64,000 nt of DNA from Nanobdellota archaeon (GTDB taxonomy: Archaea > Nanobdellota > Nanobdellia > Woesearchaeales > GW2011-AR4). The notes beneath the pieces are model-generated. The model ran no database searches. It saw nothing but the letters and a program-made list of their open reading frames with translations, and was not told where the DNA came from. Every line of letters starts with the position of its first letter. Position 1 is the first letter of the stretch. A program made the position numbers and the translations under genes. Shown here piece after piece: positions 19,358 through 29,168 of this stretch. The DNA lies in assembly GCA_038046685.1 (NCBI GenBank), contig JBBSVT010000074.1, positions 389 through 64,388 of the forward strand. Direction: 5' to 3'.

Positions 19358-20139
19358 TTGTTGGAGATTCTTTAGAAGAATTAAAAAAGATTCTTTCTGA
19401 ATCAGTAGATCTAGTATTTGCTGATCCGCCATATAACATGTCTAAGAAAAAAGGGTTGGGATGGAAATACAGCAACCACATAACTATGCAAGAAGAATGG
19501 GATATATTCTCTAAAGATGATTATCTTCAATTTAATCAAAAATGGATAAAAGAATGTTTAAGAACTTTAAAGCACGGTGGCAGTTTATGGATATGTGGTT
19601 CTTTTCACAATATTTACCAAGTTGGATTTATCTTACAACACATAGAAGATGTAAAAATCAACAATAGTATAGTATGGTTTAAGCCAAATGCTCAGCCAAA
19701 CATAACTTGCAGAATGTTTACAGAAAGCACAGAACATTTAATCTGGGCATCTAAAAATGGGAATGGGCAGAAATGGAAATTCAATTATGAAGAAACCAAA
19801 AAATTAATTCAAGATCCTCTAAATCCTGAAGGTAAACAAACTAGAAATGTTTGGTGGATTCCATTAACCCCAAGAAAGGAAAAATGGGCAGGATCCCATC
19901 CAACTCAGAAACCTTTAGAGTTACTCAGAAGAGTGATCTTATCCTGCACCAATGAAGGAGATACTGTTTTAGATCCATTTTTAGGTTCTGGGACTACTTC
20001 TGTGGCATCAAAAATGCTTGGAAGAAATTCCATCGGTATTGAGAAGGACAAAAGATATTATGATATTATAAAAAAAAGGTTAAATGAGCCGCAAAAGAAA
20101 ATAGAAGAATATGTCGAAGTTGGTCATTTAAATGGCTAA
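19354..20139 (+). CDS. Beta-class N6-adenine DNA methyltransferase (DpnA/CcrM-like); no canonical start codon before the DPPY motif
   Basis: In-frame IIVGDSLEELKK...VDLVFADPPYN lies upstream of first ATG (19438); then GSFHNI, PNITCRMFTESTEHLIWA, HPTQKP, VLDPFLGSGTT. Start given at ATA 19354. Confidence 0.88.
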   Translation: MIVGDSLEELKKILSESVDLVFADPPYNMSKKKGLGWKYSNHITMQEEWDIFSKDDYLQFNQKWIKECLRTLKHGGSLWICGSFHNIYQVGFILQHIEDVKINNSIVWFKPNAQPNITCRMFTESTEHLIWASKNGNGQKWKFNYEETKKLIQDPLNPEGKQTRNVWWIPLTPRKEKWAGSHPTQKPLELLRRVILSCTNEGDTVLDPFLGSGTTSVASKMLGRNSIGIEKDKRYYDIIKKRLNEPQKKIEEYVEVGHLNG

Positions 20140-21100
20140 TGAGATCGTTAGAGAAATACCTGTAAACCTGTTTGAGATTAATCCTGAAAATCCAAGACTA
20201 ATTTTTGACCAGGAAAAACTCGATAGACTTCTAGAGTCAGTTAAAGAACGAGGAATTCTTGTTCCGTTAAATGTATTTATCAATGATAATAAAAAGTATA
20301 CAATAATAGACGGAGAAAGAAGGTATAAAGTAGCATTGCAACTTGGTTTGACAAAATTACCAGTTATAATAAATGAAAGGCCACGATCTGAAGATTATGT
20401 ACAAGATATGTTCCATATACACAACTTACGTGAACCATGGGAATTAGTTCCAACGGCCATTAAACTCAATCAGGTTATAGAAAATTTTTCAAAAAAACAA
20501 GGACACAAACCTACGGAAAGAGAATTAAACAAATTAACTGGGTTAACTATATCGGAGATTAGACGATGTCGTCTTATTCTTACATTTCCTGAAAAAATCC
20601 AAGACCTAATGTTACAAGATGAAGCTAAAACTAGCAAAGAAAAAAGCATTATTGGAAAGGATAAACTTCTAACAGAAGATTTTTTTATAGAAATGGCTAA
20701 AAATATAATTTCCCCTTTAGAAAAAAATAATCCAAGAGCCTTTAAAGAAATTGGAGGGAGTAAAAAGATATTTGAAGCGGTTATAGAAAAAAGAAAAAGT
20801 GGGCTAATAAAAAACATCGTATCATTGAGACCCTTATCAAAGTGTATAAGAGATCGTCCAATAAAAGGTGGTCAAGCCATTAGAAGTTTTGTTCAAAATC
20901 AAAATTTATCCTCTGAAGATTTGATATCCAAGGTGGGATTGGTATTCGATTTATATAAATTTGAAAGGAATATGAATGTTTTTTATGGTGCCCTCGATAA
21001 TATTCCAAAAGATTTAGTTGCAAAAGATAAAGAGAATATAGTTAAAATTTTAAGAAAAATGAAAAATTCTATCGAACAAAAATTGAAAGAGTTAAGGTAA
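20132..21100 (+). CDS. ParB/Srx N-terminal domain protein
   Basis: NPENPR, GILVPL, IIDGERRY (GxxRxxA), followed by HTH-like segment; 8-nt overlap with methyltransferase. Confidence 0.88.
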   Translation: MANEIVREIPVNLFEINPENPRLIFDQEKLDRLLESVKERGILVPLNVFINDNKKYTIIDGERRYKVALQLGLTKLPVIINERPRSEDYVQDMFHIHNLREPWELVPTAIKLNQVIENFSKKQGHKPTERELNKLTGLTISEIRRCRLILTFPEKIQDLMLQDEAKTSKEKSIIGKDKLLTEDFFIEMAKNIISPLEKNNPRAFKEIGGSKKIFEAVIEKRKSGLIKNIVSLRPLSKCIRDRPIKGGQAIRSFVQNQNLSSEDLISKVGLVFDLYKFERNMNVFYGALDNIPKDLVAKDKENIVKILRKMKNSIEQKLKELR

Positions 21101-21104
21101 TGGT

Positions 21105-21932
21105 ATGGCACTTCTCAAACCAAACGAGCTAGATAGTAAGATTCGTAATAAGCTATTCTCATTCTTAAAGAAAAAATACAAAGTTTATGTACATAAAAAT
21201 TATAGTGTTTATAATAATTTTGCCCCAGATTACTATTTAAAACAAAAAAATGGTAAGAAAACAATTGTTATATATAGAAATCCTCCAGAATTTCCAAATG
21301 TTCAGAGCGAGGATATTAGGACAGCTTTAAAAGAAGGTATAAGTGTTTATATTGCTATATTCAATCATGATTATAATCCATTATTAGACGAGTTAATAAA
21401 TAAGTGCGATACTATTTATGGTGCAGGGGTACTACAAATATCAAATTCTTTCGATTGTGTAGTTCTACAACCTGCTCTTCTTGATGTACCAAAATCAGAT
21501 AATATTATTGAAAATAGAATAAAGATTTTTATAAGTTCAAAGTTATGGATTCCCGAGAGAGATATAACTAGAAATGTTTTAAAAAAAGTTAAATATCAGC
21601 CAATATGTGTAGAAAGGATTCCTGGAGAAAAAACAATTCAAGAAAATTGTTTCAAATGGATAGAAAAAAGTCAATTTTTTATAGCGATCGTAACACGTCA
21701 ATATAGGCAGATGGTAGATAAAGAAATAAAACATGCACTTAAAAAGAAAAAAAAAGAAAAATGCTTATTCTATATTAAAAATGATTGTTTTCAAGAGAAA
21801 AAACTAAAACTTAAAAATTTAATTAAATTTATTCAGAAAGAAGCAACTTTTCACAAATTTGTTAATGAAACCGAGCTTAGAAAAATGCAACCAAAGCAAA
21901 TTGCTGAATTGATTGGTAAAAATACAAAATAA
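21105..21932 (+). CDS. Protein with possible restriction-endonuclease-like N-terminus and DUF4062 (TIR/NDT-like) C-terminal domain
   Basis: KIFISS...ER....L...C.E......C...I.KSQFFIAIVTRQY...EI pattern typical of DUF4062; N-terminal APDYYL resembles a PD motif. Confidence 0.65.
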   Translation: MALLKPNELDSKIRNKLFSFLKKKYKVYVHKNYSVYNNFAPDYYLKQKNGKKTIVIYRNPPEFPNVQSEDIRTALKEGISVYIAIFNHDYNPLLDELINKCDTIYGAGVLQISNSFDCVVLQPALLDVPKSDNIIENRIKIFISSKLWIPERDITRNVLKKVKYQPICVERIPGEKTIQENCFKWIEKSQFFIAIVTRQYRQMVDKEIKHALKKKKKEKCLFYIKNDCFQEKKLKLKNLIKFIQKEATFHKFVNETELRKMQPKQIAELIGKNTK

Positions 21933-22072
21933 TTTTTTCTGAACTAAAAACGGAACTCCCATAACAAACGAAACGACTAAAACTAAATGTCCCCCTTAAT
22001 ACTTGTTCTTGATTGCTCACTTTGTTCGCCTGATAGAACTACGAGCCACTAAAAATTACTTTGCGGACGCAG

Positions 22073-22098
22073 GTTTTCGGAACTTCGTAACCGAAAAC
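22073..22098. terminator. Hairpin between convergent genes (possible terminator)
   Basis: GTTTTCGG-N10-CCGAAAAC. Confidence 0.4.
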
Positions 22099-22112
22099 GA
22101 TCTTAACAAAGA

Positions 22113-24749
22113 TTAACCTTTCCATCTTCTCATTACCAAACTATTGCTTACAACACTTACCGAGCTGAAAGCCATTGCTGCCCCTGCTATGATTGGATTT
22201 AAAAGGAATCCAAAGAACGGGTATAAAATTCCTGCAGCTATTGGGATTCCTGCTGTATTGTAAAAGAAAGCCCAGAACAAGTTCTGCTTTATTTTTTTTA
22301 TAGTATATGAACTTAATTTGATAGCCTTGGTTACATCCCTTAAGTCATTTTTTATCAAGACTATTGAGCCAGTTTCGATTGCAACATCAGTACCAGCGCC
22401 TATTGCAATGCCAACATCTGCTGCTGCCAATGCAGGCGCGTCATTTATGCCATCTCCGACCATGGCAACAACCCTGCCTTCTTTTTGCAGCTGTTTTATT
22501 TCGTTTTCTTTGTCTTGCGGCAGAACTTCTGCCAGAACCCTATCAATTCCCGCCTGAGAAGCTATTTCCTTTGCGACTCTTTCATTGTCGCCTGTAATCA
22601 TAATCACTTCTTTGCCTATTTTATGAAGCTCTTCAATCGCTTCTTTGGAATTTTCTTTTAAAGTGTCAGTGATTGCAATCAGCCCAATTGCTGATTTATT
22701 AACAGACACTATTACTGTTGTTTTTCCCTGTTCCTCAAGCACGCTTATTTTTTGCCCTATTTCATCATCAATTTTTATTTTGTGCTGCTGCAATAATTTT
22801 TTATTCCCGACAAGAATGTTATATTTCTTATATCTTGCAATAACTCCTTTGCCGCTTACCGCCTCAAATTCAGATGCCTCGCTAACTGCAATATTTTTGC
22901 TTTTTGCAGAATTAATTATAGCCTCTGCTAAAGGGTGCTCTGAGCCCTTTTCGGCAATTGCAGCAAACCTTATAACATCATTTTCAGCATATTTATCGTC
23001 TAAAACAACTATGTCCGTTGCCTCAGGTTTGCCTTTTGTCAATGTGCCTGTTTTGTCAAAAACTATTGTTGTCAGCTTATGGGCTGTTTCAAGAGCCTCT
23101 GCATTTTTTATCAGAATTCCATTTTCAGCGCCTTTTCCGGTGCCAACCATAATGGCAGTGGGAGTTGCCAAGCCAAGAGCGCAGGGGCATGCAATTATCA
23201 GGACAGCCACAAAAACTTCAAATGAGAAAATAAATGGGTTGGTTGGTTGCATAAAATTCGGCGCTATGAAATACCAAAAGGAGAATGCAAGAATGGCAAT
23301 TAAAATTACGACAGGCACAAAAATACCTGAAACTTTATCTGCAAGCCTTTGGATTGGGGCTTTTGAAGCCTGGGCTTCTTCAACAAGTTTGATGATTTGG
23401 GAAAGCGTTGTCTCAGAGCCAACCTTTATCGCTTTAATCTTAAGCAGGCCGTTTTTGTTTAATGTTGAGCCTATTACAATGTCATCTTTGTTCTTTGAAA
23501 CTGGAACGCTCTCTCCTGTGATCATTGACTCATCTACATAAGAAGAGCCGAAAATTACAATGCCGTCAGTTGCTATTTTTCCACCTGGTTTTGCAATGAA
23601 GGCATCGCCAACCTGCAATTCCTCAACTGGAACTTCAAGTTCTTTGTCGTTTCTGATTACAATTGCGGTTTTTGGCTGCAATCCAATTAGCTTCCTTATC
23701 GCTTCAGAGGCTTTGCCTTTCGTTAAAGCTTCTAGATATTTGCCCAGCAATATGAAAGATATTATTATTGCAGAAGTATCATAATAAATTCCTCCGGTAA
23801 AGGAGTTTGGGAATAATGTTGCTAACATGCTATATACATATGCCGCAGAAGTCCCAAGTGCAATCAAAGTATCCATATTTGCTGATTTGTTCATTAAGCC
23901 AATGTAGGTTCCTACATAAAACCGGTAACCCAAGAGAATTTGGATAGGAGTTGCCAGCAACAGCAATGCATAGTTTTGATAAGGGAAAGATACCTTGAAC
24001 CATTCTGGAAAAGAAAGAATAAAAATAGGGATGCTTAACAAAAATCCAATAATTACTTCAATTTTTAGCTTTTTTATTTCTTTTTCCCTTGCTGCCTTTT
24101 CCGTGTCAGCCAACGCGCCAGAAGCTTCAACTGGCTCATAGCCGGCTTTCTTAATCGCATTTTTGATTTCCTCTGGATTCGTCAATTCAGGGTCATATTT
24201 TATAAAAGCATTTTCATTGGCATACAGCTCTTTTGAAGTTATTCCCTTCAGCAAATTTAGGGAACCACTGACAGTTCCTACGCAATGAGGGTTGTCCATT
24301 CCAATTATTTTTAATTTGATGCTGGCAGCATTTCCAGCTGTGTTATTCTCCTCAATAACTTTATAGCCTGCCTTCCTGACTGCATTTTTCAATGAATCCT
24401 CATTTGTTTTTGTCCTGTCAAATTCTACATTAGCTTTTTCAGACGCGAAATTCACGTTTGCTTTCACTACACCTTCTGTCCCGGAAAGTGCCTTTTCAAT
24501 AGTTTGGGCGCATGTTGCGCAATGCATTCCTAAAATGGAAATTGATGTTTTTTTGACATCGCTTTCATACAAATTCTTTGGCTTTTCATTCAATGAAATT
24601 TTTTTAAATGATTTTTTGTCAGGTGTTTTTTTGTTAAACTTATCGCAGCAGCTTTTGCTGCAGAAATAGTATTTTTTTCCACTTCTAGTTAATTTAAACT
24701 TCGCTGTTCCCTCAGCAATTTCCATTCCGCATACAGGGTCTTGTGGCAT
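22113..24749 (-). CDS. copA: Copper-translocating P1B-type ATPase with YHS/TRASH and two HMA domains
   Basis: DPVCGM...[15 protein letters not shown], second [41 protein letters not shown] and MAFSS Cu(I) signatures. Confidence 0.96.
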   Translation of the reverse strand: MPQDPVCGMEIAEGTAKFKLTRSGKKYYFCSKSCCDKFNKKTPDKKSFKKISLNEKPKNLYESDVKKTSISILGMHCATCAQTIEKALSGTEGVVKANVNFASEKANVEFDRTKTNEDSLKNAVRKAGYKVIEENNTAGNAASIKLKIIGMDNPHCVGTVSGSLNLLKGITSKELYANENAFIKYDPELTNPEEIKNAIKKAGYEPVEASGALADTEKAAREKEIKKLKIEVIIGFLLSIPIFILSFPEWFKVSFPYQNYALLLLATPIQILLGYRFYVGTYIGLMNKSANMDTLIALGTSAAYVYSMLATLFPNSFTGGIYYDTSAIIISFILLGKYLEALTKGKASEAIRKLIGLQPKTAIVIRNDKELEVPVEELQVGDAFIAKPGGKIATDGIVIFGSSYVDESMITGESVPVSKNKDDIVIGSTLNKNGLLKIKAIKVGSETTLSQIIKLVEEAQASKAPIQRLADKVSGIFVPVVILIAILAFSFWYFIAPNFMQPTNPFIFSFEVFVAVLIIACPCALGLATPTAIMVGTGKGAENGILIKNAEALETAHKLTTIVFDKTGTLTKGKPEATDIVVLDDKYAENDVIRFAAIAEKGSEHPLAEAIINSAKSKNIAVSEASEFEAVSGKGVIARYKKYNILVGNKKLLQQHKIKIDDEIGQKISVLEEQGKTTVIVSVNKSAIGLIAITDTLKENSKEAIEELHKIGKEVIMITGDNERVAKEIASQAGIDRVLAEVLPQDKENEIKQLQKEGRVVAMVGDGINDAPALAAADVGIAIGAGTDVAIETGSIVLIKNDLRDVTKAIKLSSYTIKKIKQNLFWAFFYNTAGIPIAAGILYPFFGFLLNPIIAGAAMAFSSVSVVSNSLVMRRWKG

Positions 24750-24772
24750 TTTTGTCGTATTAATCCAAATGG

Positions 24773-24973
24773 TTACTGGCTTTTATTGTCTACGCCTAAT
24801 GCCTTATGCACCCAGCACCAGCCTATAAAGCTTTCAATTAATGCAATCCAGCCAACAAATGCTACAGCCCAATTAACCAATTCAATATTAAACTTTGGAG
24901 CAAAAGGCCCAAGCCACCAAAAAGCAAGAGCAAATCTCAAAATTCTGTCCAGTTTTCCCAAATTATGTTTCAT
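24773..24973 (-). CDS. DUF2892 (YgaP-like) membrane protein
   Basis: [10 protein letters not shown]...[10 protein letters not shown] signature; GAGGT RBS. Confidence 0.85.
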   Translation of the reverse strand: MKHNLGKLDRILRFALAFWWLGPFAPKFNIELVNWAVAFVGWIALIESFIGWCWVHKALGVDNKSQ

Positions 24974-25004
24974 CTTTACCTCGCCATATCTTTTTTATTC
25001 TAAC

Positions 25005-25163
25005 TCAGGAATCGATTGAATGCTTTACTATTTCAAAATTGCAGCTATGATATTTCCTGCAATGCTGCTCGCATTTTTCAGCCCAATTTTTGTCTTTGTA
25101 ATTGAATCTGCACTCTTTACATTGAAAATACAATTTTTTATTATCCTTTACCTTTTTTACCAT
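25005..25163 (-). CDS. Small Cys/His-rich metal-binding protein (52 aa)
   Basis: Manually read MVKKVKDNKKLYFQCKECRFNYKDKNWAEKCEQHCRKYHSCNFEIVKHSIDS; start abuts stop of upstream gene; below ORF-track cutoff. Confidence 0.8.
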   Translation of the reverse strand: MVKKVKDNKKLYFQCKECRFNYKDKNWAEKCEQHCRKYHSCNFEIVKHSIDS

Positions 25164-26009
25164 CTAATCTAAATTCCATTTAAACTCCCTTTTAGTGCTG
25201 TCCCTTATTTCAAGCTTAATTGATTTTGTAATACTATTTATCTCTGGAAATTTCAAAATTCCGCTTCTGTGATGTCCGCCAGGCTCAGAGCCTTCCCATT
25301 TTAACGGCTTATAAATGTTGCCTAAACCATCATTTAACGTTGAAATTTGAGTTAAATCAAAATCCAAATCAACAGAATGGGTGCTTATCACAATCTGGAA
25401 TTCTGAAGGGCTAACCGGAGTGACTTGGAATTCCACATTATTTTCGTTGCTGATTAAAGTTTGGAAAGCATTTCGAGTTGGTTCAACGTTTTGACTTTTT
25501 AATGTAAAGTAGTATGATGAAGATAGGGATATAACTGATACTGCAAGGAGAGAATAAAAAACTAGCTTAATTTTTTGCTTTTGGACTCCTGCGTACATCA
25601 AACTTGCCATATAGGCTATGCCAAGCACATTGGAGAAAATCCCCATCAAAAGGAATGTCGATTGATATTTTGTTAGAAACAAGCCTAAAGCCGAAATTCC
25701 AAGAAAAGGGGCAATGTCTGCAACATGGTGGGCACAGCAGGCAACCATAGAAGTTGCCGAGATTCCAGCAGATGCTGCAGCCTCGGCTGATGCTTTCCTG
25801 TGCATCTCACCCTTAATGTAGAAAAACATAGCCATCTGTATCCCAAAACCGACAATCAGTGGAATCATCCAGTACCATAGCTTAACAAAATTATCAACTG
25901 CAAAAGAAACTCCACCAAGTAATGAAGCTACCGTAAAATAAAATATCAAAAGAACCGTACCTGCCAATAAACCTACTACAGTGTATTTATCATAATTCTT
26001 TTCCAACAC
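25164..26009 (-). CDS. Membrane protein with CCAHH motif and C-terminal soluble domain
   Basis: About five TMs, SMVACCAHH, THSVDL and GGHHR motifs; GTG start with AGGTG RBS; upstream of copA. Confidence 0.8.
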   Translation of the reverse strand: MLEKNYDKYTVVGLLAGTVLLIFYFTVASLLGGVSFAVDNFVKLWYWMIPLIVGFGIQMAMFFYIKGEMHRKASAEAAASAGISATSMVACCAHHVADIAPFLGISALGLFLTKYQSTFLLMGIFSNVLGIAYMASLMYAGVQKQKIKLVFYSLLAVSVISLSSSYYFTLKSQNVEPTRNAFQTLISNENNVEFQVTPVSPSEFQIVISTHSVDLDFDLTQISTLNDGLGNIYKPLKWEGSEPGGHHRSGILKFPEINSITKSIKLEIRDSTKREFKWNLD

Positions 26010-26030
26010 GAAACACCTTTTCTTAAACCG

Positions 26031-26098
26031 ATATATCTATTTTCGATATATTACACAGTAAGTATATAAACCTTTCTATTTATATCTAAATCCGATAT
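26031..26098. promoter_or_regulatory. Two ATATC-N7-GATAT palindromes, candidate PadR-family operators in divergent promoter
   Basis: ATATATC-tattttc-GATATAT (26031-26051) and ATATC-taaatcc-GATAT (26082-26098) flanking a TATA-like element. Confidence 0.6.
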
Positions 26099-26144
26099 GT
26101 CAAAAATAGAAAATTATTTATAGACGGGCAGTTATTGCCATGTC

Positions 26145-26552
26145 ATGACTCGTGTAAAAGTAACAAATATGCTGAAATTCTATACTATATGCCTTTTGAC
26201 CAGCGGGCCAAAGCATGGCTATGACTTGATTAAGGAGCTGGAGGAAAAATTTGGACGAAGGATAAGTGCGAGCAGTGTGTATCCGTTCCTAGATACCTTG
26301 CGAAAAAACAAATTAATCAAATTTAACAGGATTGATAAGAGAGACAAAAAGGTATATCACATGACGGCAGATGGCAAAAATTTTGCAAAGCAAATGTTCG
26401 GCAAGTTTGGACATCTCATCAACATTGCGATCGAGCCAAATATATATAAATGCCCTTGCGGATGCAGGATTTACGCTGGCGGCCATATTGAAAGGGTTAA
26501 AGGCAAAATAATGAAGTTTTGTTGCCAGCATTGTGCAAAGACTTACAGATAA
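26145..26552 (+). CDS. PadR-family transcriptional regulator with C-terminal TRASH-like metal-binding domain
   Basis: GPKHGYDLIK, SSVYPFL, KKVYHMTADG; C-terminal CPCGC...FCCQHC. Confidence 0.9.
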   Translation: MTRVKVTNMLKFYTICLLTSGPKHGYDLIKELEEKFGRRISASSVYPFLDTLRKNKLIKFNRIDKRDKKVYHMTADGKNFAKQMFGKFGHLINIAIEPNIYKCPCGCRIYAGGHIERVKGKIMKFCCQHCAKTYR

Positions 26553-26567
26553 GGCATTAATCATTCA

Positions 26568-27071
26568 TTATTCTTTGCAGCAATCTACAATCTTTTTTAT
26601 AATAAGGGAGAATTTGCCCATGATTCCGTCTTCTTTAGCATCCAGTTTCGCTGGATATTTCATTTCCTCAATCTCAAAGGCTTTTAAATTAATCCCAAAA
26701 AATAATGAATATAGCTGAAATGCTGAAGTAAAGTAGAGATTTGCCTCTTCCTTGTTTTTATTGCCTAATTCCTTTGTGCCAACTTCGATTAAGCGCATGC
26801 TCGCAGCCAGCAGATGCTTGCTGATGCACCACTCTTCTCCTTGCGGATTTGTTACAATCTTTGCAAGAAGGATTTTTCTTAAATTTCTTACGGAATTCAG
26901 CATTTCCAGATATTTTTGGTTGTCGGTTTTCATCGCTGTGAAATAGAAGTGCTCCTCAAGACTAATAAGGTTCATTAATGCTATGCTTAAATCCTCATCT
27001 CTGGACAAATCAGAATTTCCTTTTTTTACTTCCTCTACTTTTGCCAGCCATTTATTAATTTTGTTTTCCAT
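26568..27071 (-). CDS. Hypothetical helical protein in metal cluster
   Basis: LEEHF, WCISKHLL, C-terminal DCCKE. Confidence 0.75.
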   Translation of the reverse strand: MENKINKWLAKVEEVKKGNSDLSRDEDLSIALMNLISLEEHFYFTAMKTDNQKYLEMLNSVRNLRKILLAKIVTNPQGEEWCISKHLLAASMRLIEVGTKELGNKNKEEANLYFTSAFQLYSLFFGINLKAFEIEEMKYPAKLDAKEDGIMGKFSLIIKKIVDCCKE

Positions 27072-27072
27072 T

Positions 27073-27606
27073 TTATTTGAAAATAAAAATTAATCCTGAA
27101 CTAGCCACAATAAGCAAAAGTAATGTAAGAGCAATTCCTTGGAACGGGAATAAAACCTTGCCATTAAGTTTTTTGAGGTGGATATGCAGAAAATACGAAA
27201 TAAGCGTAATAAAAAAGCCGACAATGCTGCCAAAAAACAGCTTGTTTACCCAATAAACCTTGTTTAGGAAGGAGCCTGCTGCGCCAAACCATAATATTGG
27301 CAAATAAATTGCTTCGCTGCTGACGTACATCAAAGGCATAATTGTCAATATGTAAGATAGCAATACAATTACCGGCAATTGAAATGTAAAATATTGTTTT
27401 TTTATTCTTAATCCAATCCACAGGCCTGTTGAAACCCCAAATGCGCCTATGAGCAAGCCAATTGCGCTTTCGTCCAACCCATAATATTTTGCAGAGATAG
27501 CCGCTGTGCCAACAGCAGCAGTGCACAATGGGCAATGCGCATGGGTTGCTGGGATAATTACCAGTGACAGCATTAAAATTAATGACACTAGGATTATTTT
27601 TTTCAT
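27073..27606 (-). CDS. Membrane protein with HCPLC motif
   Basis: Signal/TM then HAHCPLCT and four TMs; AGGTGAG RBS. Confidence 0.8.
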   Translation of the reverse strand: MKKIILVSLILMLSLVIIPATHAHCPLCTAAVGTAAISAKYYGLDESAIGLLIGAFGVSTGLWIGLRIKKQYFTFQLPVIVLLSYILTIMPLMYVSSEAIYLPILWFGAAGSFLNKVYWVNKLFFGSIVGFFITLISYFLHIHLKKLNGKVLFPFQGIALTLLLLIVASSGLIFIFK

Positions 27607-27637
27607 TGATGCTCACCTGCTATGTTTGGCTCATCTG

Positions 27638-28411
27638 TTATTGGGATTTTTGCTGCAGTCTCGCAGGAAGGGTCCCATGATGCTCATACATCATCTTCTC
27701 ATCTTCAGTCCAGCCCGTCATGTCCACTTGTGTTTTGGCTTGTTTTGTTTGAGATTGGCTTTCAATTCTCCTGTATTTATTCGAGGCAAGATTTATGTAA
27801 TTTAATTCAATGCTCTTCTCTCTAAGCACTTTTGCTTTTTGAGACATTTGAGATGGAAAAAACAAAGTTTTCCACTTGCCTAATTCCTCCAGTATTTCAT
27901 CATTTGAGAGTTCGTTTCCATGATTCTTGATCAAATATTTGGCTAAGCCCCTCATTGCGAAGCTATGGGCGCATCCGCATGCTGGCTCCCCATTTCCAAA
28001 AATAATCGCTTCAACTCCGCAGCAATACTCGCAGCTTATTTGGCTCCCAACCTTGATATACCTGTCTAAGTCGTTCCCGCTTAATTTTATTTGCCGGTCG
28101 AGGATACCTAGCTTGTTTATAGTTAAATCAGATTTCTGCTGATTATTTGCCGAGATATCATCAAAGCTTAAACCCAATTCGCTGCCGTAAACATTTGGAA
28201 TGCCTCTTGGTAAAACATCAAATGAGGCAGTTTTCATTTGAATATTGCTTCCAATATTCCCAATTGGATTTGTGCCTGCAATAGCATTTCCAGTTATTGG
28301 AGGTTTCTTTAATTGGTTTAGTTGAACTAAATTAAAAACCACCACAAGCAAGGCTGCTATTGCTAATACAGTGAGCAGCATTCCCATGGCTTTGTTTTTT
28401 TCAAAATCCAT
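27638..28411 (-). CDS. Membrane-anchored Cys-motif protein (CEYCC / CGCAHS)
   Basis: N-terminal TM, SCEYCCG, ACGCAHS; AGGAG RBS. Confidence 0.8.
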   Translation of the reverse strand: MDFEKNKAMGMLLTVLAIAALLVVVFNLVQLNQLKKPPITGNAIAGTNPIGNIGSNIQMKTASFDVLPRGIPNVYGSELGLSFDDISANNQQKSDLTINKLGILDRQIKLSGNDLDRYIKVGSQISCEYCCGVEAIIFGNGEPACGCAHSFAMRGLAKYLIKNHGNELSNDEILEELGKWKTLFFPSQMSQKAKVLREKSIELNYINLASNKYRRIESQSQTKQAKTQVDMTGWTEDEKMMYEHHGTLPARLQQKSQ

Positions 28412-28510
28412 ATTTTTCTCCTTTAATTTGGATTTAATACCTATAGCAAGAAAGAGTTATGAAACACCTTTTTAAAGTAATGATGAAACCAGTTTCAAAA
28501 TATTATTTGA

Positions 28511-28996
28511 TTATTTTAATACTATTATATTAGTCATCCCTCTTCTTTTCCTCTCAAGGACCACTTTTGACTCTAACTTATCCAGCAATCTTGTCACTTT
28601 TACCTTGCTAAAACCAGTTTCTTTCATTAAATCGCTCTGGTATGCAGAACCGGATTTATTTCTTATGATGCCATAAATATTTTTCTCTTCATCAGTAAGC
28701 TTAGTTATGTCTATTTCCTTGAAATCCTTTACGTCTTTAGCAGCTGGTTTATGGAAAAATGATAAATATACTCCAACCCCCAAAATCAAAAATCCAATCC
28801 CAAAAGCAGATACAAGAAGCCAGGAAATATTGCTTTTGTGGGCTGGGCATTGCTGCATGTCTAATTGGTTTTCATGAAATTTCTCGCACAAGAATGCAGA
28901 CTGCTCATCGGAGTCAATTTTAACAAAAGTCAGTATAAAAACTAATATTATTGAGAATCCAGCTAAAAAATACCCGATAGTCTTATTCTGAAACAT
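28511..28996 (-). CDS. Membrane-anchored MarR-like HTH regulator
   Basis: Two TMs with C..CPAH loop; C-terminal YQSDLMKETGFSKVKVTRLLDKLE...RKRRGMTN wHTH. Confidence 0.82.
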   Translation of the reverse strand: MFQNKTIGYFLAGFSIILVFILTFVKIDSDEQSAFLCEKFHENQLDMQQCPAHKSNISWLLVSAFGIGFLILGVGVYLSFFHKPAAKDVKDFKEIDITKLTDEEKNIYGIIRNKSGSAYQSDLMKETGFSKVKVTRLLDKLESKVVLERKRRGMTNIIVLK

Positions 28997-29136
28997 TTTG
29001 ATTCATAGATGCAACTGGCTGCAATTTAAATATATTGCTATAATCGCAGAACTCAAATCTTATAAATAATAGTGGTTAAATGCAACTGAGTTTGGGTTTC
29101 AATTTGAATAGTCACCTCGCTATTAAAACCGAAACA

Positions 29137-29167
29137 TTTAAATAACAAGTGTAATAATATTATTACA
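29137..29167 (+). promoter_or_regulatory. TATA box plus perfect 18-bp palindromic operator before wHTH-MNT antitoxin
   Basis: TTTAAATA then TGTAATAATATTATTACA (29150-29167) immediately before ATG 29169. Confidence 0.7.
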
Positions 29168-29168
29168 T

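Noticed and set aside
20132-21100. Chromosome or plasmid partition locus
   Set aside because: No ParA, replication initiator or parS-like repeats nearby; gene is embedded in a nuclease/methylase operon
22645-23541. 298-aa plus-strand ORF
   Set aside because: Antisense shadow of copA with no motifs; the same applies to the many short antisense ORFs over pepA, trxB, xpd and others
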